48,637 bases of DNA. Source: Patescibacteria group bacterium. GTDB taxonomy: Bacteria > Patescibacteriota > Patescibacteriia > UM-FILTER-42-10. The translations under genes were made by a program, and so were the position numbers. This document shows positions 43,163 through 48,637 of the stretch, piece by piece. Numbering within the stretch: the stretch's first letter is position 1; each line of letters opens with the position of its first letter. The stretch is from positions 1 to 48,637 of the forward strand of contig JAHJEX010000045.1 in the NCBI GenBank assembly GCA_018825385.1, read 5' to 3'. The notes beneath the pieces were generated by a model. That model ran no database searches, was not told the origin of the DNA, and saw nothing but the letters and a program-made list of their open reading frames with translations.

Positions 43163-44308
43163 TTATCGAAGAACCTGAAAATCCGCGCAGTTTTCTGTTG
43201 CCCAGTTAATATAGTCACTGGAACATATCCAACTGCGCTCTTTTGGAATAATCGGCATGCAGTTTACGCTTGCCATACAATCATATTCACCTTCTTCTGG
43301 CATTTCGGTTACTTTTGTATTTGTATTATTATTCGCTTCAGTTGATTCCACTGTGCCGGAATATTGTTTAATTTTTCCTGAACCGGAAATACTTTGGGAG
43401 AGATTGGGTGAACCAATGTATTGAACCTCGCCACTTCCGCTGATAGTTATATCCAGTTCTTCTGAAGCGTTCAATACCCCTTCGCCGGAACCGCTGACCT
43501 TTATACTGGCTGTTTTTGAAACAAGGTTTTTTGCGTTATAGTCTCCCGAACCGCTAATTATTATGTCTTGATCAGTTGCTTCTCCAGAAAGTAAAAATTC
43601 TCCGGACCCTGAAATATTTATGTCTAGATTTTCCACATCCAATACCATATCCGCTTTTCCACTTCCGCTGATTTGAATTGCAAAGTCATCTGCTTCCAGA
43701 CTGTTAGAATTAATTTCTCCTGAACCGGAAATCCCCACATGTTTTAAATCATCAACTGTCAGATTGTAGGTGATTTTTCTCGTAGGCCAGATTGTCCAGA
43801 AAAACCATGGATTTTTTAATCGCAACATCAAAGTATTATTTTCAACAACAGTTTCAATATATTCCATCACATTATCTTCTGCTTCAACCTCTAAAGACTC
43901 CTCTCCGGATTGAACGATGTTTAGAACACCAGTTCCACTTATTTGCACCTGGTTAAAGTTAGAGATTTCGCGATTTTCTGAAATTAAATTACCAGAACCC
44001 CTACCAAATGCATACGAAGAGGCAAAAAGTAAGATTATTAAAACGCCTATAACTGATACTGCTATTCGCCAAAACGATGATTTTTTCTTTTCAGTTGCTG
44101 ACTTGTTTTCGCCCGCTTCTGATGATTCTTCCTCCTCTGGATGCAGTCCCACAGTCCTTAGTATTGGGAACCCTACTATCCATATTACTAAAGCAATAAT
44201 CACGCCCACCAATACATCATAAACACTGGTAATAGCACCAATAATTATAGCGATTACGGCAATTCCGTTTAATATGGACTTTATACCCTTTTTTTGGTCA
44301 TTGGTCAT
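43163..44308 (-). CDS. Membrane-anchored DUF2807-like (beta-helical GIN-domain) protein with a Cys-rich C-terminus
   Basis: Repeated ISGSG..... units (nine or more). Two N-terminal TMs. C-terminal CMASVNCMP...C..........C. Confidence 0.6.
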   Translation of the reverse strand: MTNDQKKGIKSILNGIAVIAIIIGAITSVYDVLVGVIIALVIWIVGFPILRTVGLHPEEEESSEAGENKSATEKKKSSFWRIAVSVIGVLIILLFASSYAFGRGSGNLISENREISNFNQVQISGTGVLNIVQSGEESLEVEAEDNVMEYIETVVENNTLMLRLKNPWFFWTIWPTRKITYNLTVDDLKHVGISGSGEINSNSLEADDFAIQISGSGKADMVLDVENLDINISGSGEFLLSGEATDQDIIISGSGDYNAKNLVSKTASIKVSGSGEGVLNASEELDITISGSGEVQYIGSPNLSQSISGSGKIKQYSGTVESTEANNNTNTKVTEMPEEGEYDCMASVNCMPIIPKERSWICSSDYINWATENCADFQVLR

Positions 44309-44369
44309 TTTTACCTTTATCTGAATTGTGGATAACGTCTATTTCTATTATACACTATGAATGGAGAAT

Positions 44370-44650
44370 AAAAAAAATAACCCCCGCCCCATCTCACAAA
44401 CTGAAACGGTTTGGGGGCCGAGATGCGCTACAACAACCAGAGACGGTGGAACCTTGCGAGACGCCGCCGGAATACGTCCAGCGATGCTGTGGTGCCGGAA
44501 TCGATACCGGTCTATGCAGCGGTGCGGACGGCTATCCGCCGGCTAGGTTCGCGAGTCAGAACGAGGTTCTGGGCCCACATGGTGGGTTCCTCGCCTAATC
44601 AGCCAATCAGCTGGTGTTGAGCCACATCTCTATCCTAATCAGAAGCTAAA
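44370..44650 (-). ncRNA. Unclassified GC-rich structured RNA (about 280 nt); orientation inferred from the terminator
   Basis: About 58-62% GC in 44401-44520 by hand count, versus about 32% in 44281-44340. All three plus frames are open with Arg-rich junk. Hairpins: CCCAC-cau-GUGGG, GAAC-cuc-GUUC, GCGGA-uagccg-UCCGC, CCGG-uaucgauu-CCGG, CAGC-auc-GCUG, CAUCUC...GAGAUG. Ends GGGGCGGGGGUUAUUUUUUUU. Possible promoter TTGCCA-N15-(TGg)TGTAAT at 44656-44682. Confidence 0.5.
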
Positions 44651-44715
44651 ATAACATTACACCATCAAAAACATTCTGGCAATAGAAACTGCTCGTTTGG
44701 AAAGGAAAAATTATT

Positions 44716-45996
44716 TTACCACTGATAATTTGCAAAAATCCAGTCTATCAGTTCCGACGTTTCCTGCCAGCGCGCCCAGTCAGAATCGGTTCCTAGTACC
44801 ACTGTGATAATTTCATCGCCATCTTCATTTTTTACTCTAGAAGCAAAATTGTATTTAGATTCATCTAAGTAGCCTGTTTTGCAAGATAAAAAGTAATAGC
44901 CCGAGTCCAGAAGCTTGTTGGTATTTCTAATATTATGAACACTGCCAACATTGATCGTAGTAAAAGAATAAGCAGGAGCAGTTGTCGCTTGTAAAATCTC
45001 AAATCTGTCCGTTACAGTCTGCATAAATTTTGCATAGTCCGTAACAGTTGATCTGTTATCCAGACTCAGACCGGAAGGATCACCAAATACTGTATTCGCT
45101 AATCCCAAATCAGCTGCTTTCTTATTCATGGCAGCTACGAATTCATCTCTGGTCATGCCGGTTGACCTGGCTATCGCATTGGCGGCATTGTTTGCAGAAC
45201 CTACCAGCATTGAATAAAAGAGATCCCGAACAGTCATGGTTTCCCCGTCCGACACATACAATTTTCCGCCGATTGCATTATCTTCAGATGAATATGCAAA
45301 AACTTCATCAAAATCAGGTTCAGTTTCCAAAAATACCAATGCGGTCATCATTTTTGTTAAACTGGCTATCCACCACTCTTTATCTGCATTTAGTTCGTAT
45401 AAAACTTTTCCGGTGCGCTCATCTATAGCGATTGCGGTTTCCGCCTGAATACTAGGATCACCGGCACCAGTAATTTTTACCGGTTCATCCAAAACACCGG
45501 TTGTTTCAAACACCGCCACAATAGACCATGGGAAATGTATTGCCGCTTTGGCAATATTATTTTCATAATCAATCTGTGTAGGAATAGCCTGCCATTCACT
45601 GGTTACTCTGTTCCAAAAGTGAATCCTTTTTTTATAATTATTTTCTGATTCAAATTCCAAAGAAATAAACACTGGATTTTCAAGTACCTGAGGATCTTGA
45701 ACTCTAATATCATAAACATATGTTGGACTTATTATCTCTTTTGTTGAAGGAATCTCATTAACAGCAATTGATGTTTCTTTTATCTTCACCCATGCGCCTT
45801 CTTCAAAAATTCCTCCGCGAATTCCCACAAGAAAATCATAATGCTTGCTTGGCACAGTGTATCCGACCGCCATAGTTGCCTCGTCTACATAACGTGCGCG
45901 GTTTAAGGTTTCAGCGGCATCGGCAGGATTTGAAAATAACAGAAATAATATTTCCGCTACAAAAATGGTTAAAATTGTGTAATTTTTGTTTTTCAT
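44716..45996 (-). CDS. Serine-type D-Ala-D-Ala carboxypeptidase (peptidase S11, PBP5-like) with an N-terminal extension domain
   Basis: SLTK (SxxK), SANN (SxN) and KTGY (KTG) in the correct order. Start moved to the ATG at 45994-45996 (MKNKNYTIL...). Confidence 0.85.
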   Translation of the reverse strand: MKNKNYTILTIFVAEILFLLFSNPADAAETLNRARYVDEATMAVGYTVPSKHYDFLVGIRGGIFEEGAWVKIKETSIAVNEIPSTKEIISPTYVYDIRVQDPQVLENPVFISLEFESENNYKKRIHFWNRVTSEWQAIPTQIDYENNIAKAAIHFPWSIVAVFETTGVLDEPVKITGAGDPSIQAETAIAIDERTGKVLYELNADKEWWIASLTKMMTALVFLETEPDFDEVFAYSSEDNAIGGKLYVSDGETMTVRDLFYSMLVGSANNAANAIARSTGMTRDEFVAAMNKKAADLGLANTVFGDPSGLSLDNRSTVTDYAKFMQTVTDRFEILQATTAPAYSFTTINVGSVHNIRNTNKLLDSGYYFLSCKTGYLDESKYNFASRVKNEDGDEIITVVLGTDSDWARWQETSELIDWIFANYQW

Positions 45997-46000
45997 TTTT

Positions 46001-46489
46001 TTAGAATAATTGCCAGAAAAATATACCAATCATCAAAAGGCCGATAATAAACTTGATCAGGGTGCCACTCAAAAAACCAACAAATGTTCCTAGCCCTGCT
46101 TTAAACGCGCTACGGTGATCTTTGCCACTAATCAATTCTCCTAGTGTTGCACCGATTATCGGACCGATAATTAATCCGACCAAACCGCCGGTAACGATAC
46201 CAATCATCATACCTAAAATTGAGCCAGCTATCCCCCACCTACCAGCACCAAATTTTTTCGCACCGTAGAGATTTGCTAAATAGTCAACTATAAATGAAAA
46301 GATGGTTAATAAAGTAAATACCGCAATTACTAACCATCCTACCTCCCGAAAATCAGTAAAAATTGCATAGATTAAAGCACCCAACCAAATAAACAGAATC
46401 CCTGGTAATACAGGAATTACAATTCCAACCAAACCAACTGTAAAAAACAGTATAGCTACCACTAGTATAATTAACAGTCCCCAACCCAT
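46001..46489 (-). CDS. DUF456-family membrane protein
   Basis: 162 aa with four Gly-rich TM helices. The VIPVLPGILFIWLGALIYA block is typical of DUF456. Confidence 0.65.
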   Translation of the reverse strand: MGWGLLIILVVAILFFTVGLVGIVIPVLPGILFIWLGALIYAIFTDFREVGWLVIAVFTLLTIFSFIVDYLANLYGAKKFGAGRWGIAGSILGMMIGIVTGGLVGLIIGPIIGATLGELISGKDHRSAFKAGLGTFVGFLSGTLIKFIIGLLMIGIFFWQLF

Positions 46490-46592
46490 AGTGTTTACAT
46501 TATTTACTTATAACCATTATATCAAAATACACTAAAATAGGCACTTTTTTGCATATCTCTTGGCAGGGCATTTTTCCAAAAATGCGACTGCC

Positions 46593-46621
46593 TTGACGTT
46601 CGGTTTTTGTTCGGGTATACT
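46593..46621 (+). promoter_or_regulatory. lexA promoter TTGACG-N17-TATACT with an embedded GTTC-N7-GTTC direct repeat (candidate LexA operator)
   Basis: TTGACG 46593-46598. GTTC 46598-46601, seven nt (GGTTTTT), GTTC 46609-46612. TATACT 46616-46621. Confidence 0.55.
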
Positions 46622-46740
46622 ACTTATGCTAGGAAAAATACCTGTGGATAACTCAGTTAGAGTAATTAGCAATAAGTTACTAATAAATAAAGGGAGCTAA
46701 TAACCAACCACTAGTTACCAAATTACTAACCCCTAAAATA

Positions 46741-47355
46741 ATGACTGAAAACATTACCAAAAAGCAGAAAGAAATACTGGACTATATTACAGAATTTATT
46801 TCTGTAAATGGATATTCTCCCAGTTATCGCGAGATAGCTGAATACTTTGGGCTTGCCTCCCCTGCTACCATTTTTGAACATATCAGAGGTTTAGAGGATA
46901 AGGGCTTTATTAAGGCAGAAGATAGGAAAGCTCGATCTATTAAAATACATAAAAAAGAAAAGAGAGAAATGCCCGCCATACCCGCTTTGGAACTGCCGCT
47001 GGTAGGTACTATCACTGCCGGTGAACCAATAGAAGCAATAGAAGAAAGAGAAACCATTTCTATACCAGTAGGATTAGCAGATAGCATTAACTCCTTCGTA
47101 CTAAAAGTCAAAGGAGAATCTATGATTGATGAAGGGATATTTGACGGAGATTATGTGGTGTGCGAGAGAAATTATTATCCAAAAAACGGAGATGTGGTAG
47201 TTGCGCTTTTAAACAACGAATATGCCACACTGAAAAAATACTTCAGAGAAAAAACCAGAATCCGTCTCCAGCCGGCTAATCCTAAAATGAAGCCTATCTT
47301 TTCCAAGAACCCGGTTATTCAGGGAATAGTAAAGGCCATCTTTAGAAAATATTAA
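46741..47355 (+). CDS. lexA: LexA repressor
   Basis: N-terminal wHTH (KKQKEILDYI...GYSPSYREIAE), cleavage-site AG in VGTITAGEP, Ser in VKGESMID, Lys in ATLKKY. Confidence 0.92.
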   Translation: MTENITKKQKEILDYITEFISVNGYSPSYREIAEYFGLASPATIFEHIRGLEDKGFIKAEDRKARSIKIHKKEKREMPAIPALELPLVGTITAGEPIEAIEERETISIPVGLADSINSFVLKVKGESMIDEGIFDGDYVVCERNYYPKNGDVVVALLNNEYATLKKYFREKTRIRLQPANPKMKPIFSKNPVIQGIVKAIFRKY

Positions 47356-47380
47356 AAAATAATAATTAAACACAAAAATC

Positions 47381-47629
47381 ATGTTCAAAACAATCAACGA
47401 AACCGTAAAAGTAACCAGCTCCTTCTTTCGGGACAGAGTAATACCGGAAAAATTTGAATGGAACGGCCGGCAACATGTCATAAAAAATTCCAAACTGGTG
47501 CATGCAGCAAGAAAAGGAGAAGGTAAAATGTTTTTCTTTGACGTAAAAGACGGAAGAGACTTTTTCAAACTTTCTTTTGACACTAAAAGCCTGGAATGGG
47601 AACTAAATCAGATTTTCATACAAAAATAA
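47381..47629 (+). CDS. 82-aa hypothetical protein, paralog 1, co-oriented 25 nt after lexA
   Basis: Shares M..TINET..V...F......P..F.W......V.K..L.H....GE....F.V.D....FKL.F....L.W.L....I with the next ORF. Confidence 0.65.
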   Translation: MFKTINETVKVTSSFFRDRVIPEKFEWNGRQHVIKNSKLVHAARKGEGKMFFFDVKDGRDFFKLSFDTKSLEWELNQIFIQK

Positions 47630-47633
47630 TTCG

Positions 47634-47882
47634 ATGTACGAAACGATCAACGAGACAATCGAAGTTTTGGTTCGTTTTGGGACAAAGACTGTTGCCCCTA
47701 CAATCTTTCGCTGGCGCAATAAAGTATATAAAGTGAAAAAAGTTAATTTAGCTCACAGTGGCAAGGTAGGTGAAGAAGAATGGTACTACTTCTCCGTTTC
47801 CGACGATGCTAACTATTTTAAACTAGCTTTCAACAGCACCACCCTAAAATGGTATTTGGATGAACTGTATATAGACGGATAA
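47634..47882 (+). CDS. 82-aa hypothetical protein, paralog 2
   Basis: Same length and colinear similarity to 47381-47629. Starts 4 nt after it. Confidence 0.65.
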   Translation: MYETINETIEVLVRFGTKTVAPTIFRWRNKVYKVKKVNLAHSGKVGEEEWYYFSVSDDANYFKLAFNSTTLKWYLDELYIDG

Positions 47883-47910
47883 TATAAATAAATTATTTTC
47901 TAACAGCTAC

Positions 47911-48357
47911 TTTTGTAATCTTCGGACTTGATCGGTGAATCCATAAATAACAGTAGATTCCCGTTCCCCGATCAGGTCGGGGACAAGTTCCGCGGGAATG
48001 ACAAATCAATAGAATGAAATAATAATGATATTCCCTGAGTAAGTCCCGAGTTTAATCGAGGGACGCATCGAAGGGGTACACTAATATGGAAAATGGAATA
48101 GGAATTGGAAGATTGACTTAATAGAAAATGTAAATCCAAAATGGAATGATTTATATGAAGTTTAGTAAAAAATTATAGATTCCCGGGTCAAGCCCGAGAA
48201 TGACAACTTAACAACCTCTTGTAATCTTCGGACTTGCCTGCCCCACTGCCTAACAGCAGTTAGGCGGCCGGAGATCCAAATATCAAATATATAATAATAT
48301 TCCCTGAGTAAGTCCCAATTTTAATCGAGGGACGCATCGAAGGGGTACACTAATATG
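47911..48357. repeat. Mosaic repeat region, including a duplicated about 70-bp GIY-YIG upstream/5' segment (48021-48096 and 48291-48366)
   Basis: The string ataat(g)atattccctgagtaagtccc[g/a]a[g/t]tttaatcgagggacgcatcgaaggggtacactaatatg occurs twice. The first copy leads only to an 11-codon remnant (MENGIGIGRLT*, 48086-48121). Also gattcccg...cgggaatgac and gtaatcttcggacttg modules. Confidence 0.8.
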
Positions 48358-48621
48358 AAAAAATGGAAATGGCATGTTTATATTATAAAATGTGAGGATA
48401 ACAGTTATTATACTGGATTAACTTGGCAAATAGACAACCGTTGGACACAACATTTGTCAGGCCTAGGATCAAAATATACTTTAAAACACAAACCTAAATA
48501 TTTAGCCTATTCGGAGGAATATGAGAACTTAGAAGAAGCAAGATTAAGGGAAAAACAGATTAAAGGCTGGACAAGACAAAAGAAAGAAAAGTTGATTGCA
48601 GGTGAATGGGTAAAACTATAA
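48355..48621 (+). CDS. GIY-YIG nuclease-family small protein
   Basis: VYIIKCEDNSYYTGLT (GIY/YIG), RWTQHLSG and EKQIKGW (conserved Arg, His, Glu positions). 88 aa. Confidence 0.85.
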   Translation: MKKWKWHVYIIKCEDNSYYTGLTWQIDNRWTQHLSGLGSKYTLKHKPKYLAYSEEYENLEEARLREKQIKGWTRQKKEKLIAGEWVKL

Positions 48622-48637
48622 TATAAGCCTTCGATTC

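Noticed and set aside
44326-44620. Three overlapping plus-strand ORFs (90, 61 and 69 aa)
   Set aside because: All three frames are open at once and give Arg/Gly/Pro-rich nonsense. There is no start context. The region is better explained as GC-rich structured non-coding sequence.

Overview
AT-rich window, about 30-35% GC by hand counts of sample 60-mers. Nearly all genes are on the minus strand. Many are small membrane-anchored or secreted proteins, and native genes have no obvious Shine-Dalgarno (SD) sequence. The gene content (VirB2-like pilin, GT2/GtrA glycan genes, lone RND pump, ECF sigma plus MacB-type ABC) suggests a Patescibacteria/CPR-like genome; this is inference only.

Confident housekeeping calls:
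- Three SDR sugar-nucleotide enzymes, metK, GT2 and GtrA (1-4.7 kb)
- corA
- ECF sigma / membrane protein / ABC ATPase / FtsX-type permease operon (9.4-14 kb)
- AcrB-type RND pump (16-19.3 kb)
- DEAD-box helicase, YwbE, TfoX-C-like protein
- S11 D-Ala-D-Ala carboxypeptidase, DUF456 protein
- lexA

Accessory block at about 19.3-30.8 kb:
- A clear DpnI-type methyl-directed restriction endonuclease
- An AlbA_2/Schlafen-like protein tightly coupled to an unknown 244-aa protein
- A Pif1/RecD-like helicase, NUDIX, YgjP/DUF45 metallopeptidase and a DUF559 nuclease
- A protein with an RNxxxH (HEPN/Abi_2-like) motif
- Dense palindromic MITE-like repeat clutter

Most unusual signals:
1. Three self-contained GC-rich cassettes (19.4-20.1, 34.55-35.8 and 38.9-39.7 kb). 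At 34.55 and 38.9 kb I read a TTGACA-type promoter, SD-led ORFs and an intrinsic terminator; at 19.4 kb an SD and terminator but no good promoter. All sit in a host whose own genes lack SDs. One truncates a resident gene.
2. Three GC-rich structured non-coding units of about 150-280 nt (14.35, 15.65-15.92, 44.37-44.65 kb) with no credible ORF. Each ends in a strong intrinsic terminator 50-65 nt upstream of a membrane-protein gene. I could not assign any of them to a known RNA family.
3. lexA has a GTTC-N7-GTTC direct repeat inside its promoter and is followed by two tandem paralogous 82-aa proteins of unknown function.
4. A secreted Cys-rich protein with a transglutaminase/papain-like C..H..D pattern, a small membrane protein, and an orphan duplicated 3' fragment. 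The layout resembles a polymorphic toxin/immunity locus.
5. A TIMP/NTR-like secreted protein.
6. An HtrA-like protein that has lost its catalytic His and Ser.

No rRNA, tRNA or CRISPR array was found. All family assignments come from motif recognition by eye. No database search was run.
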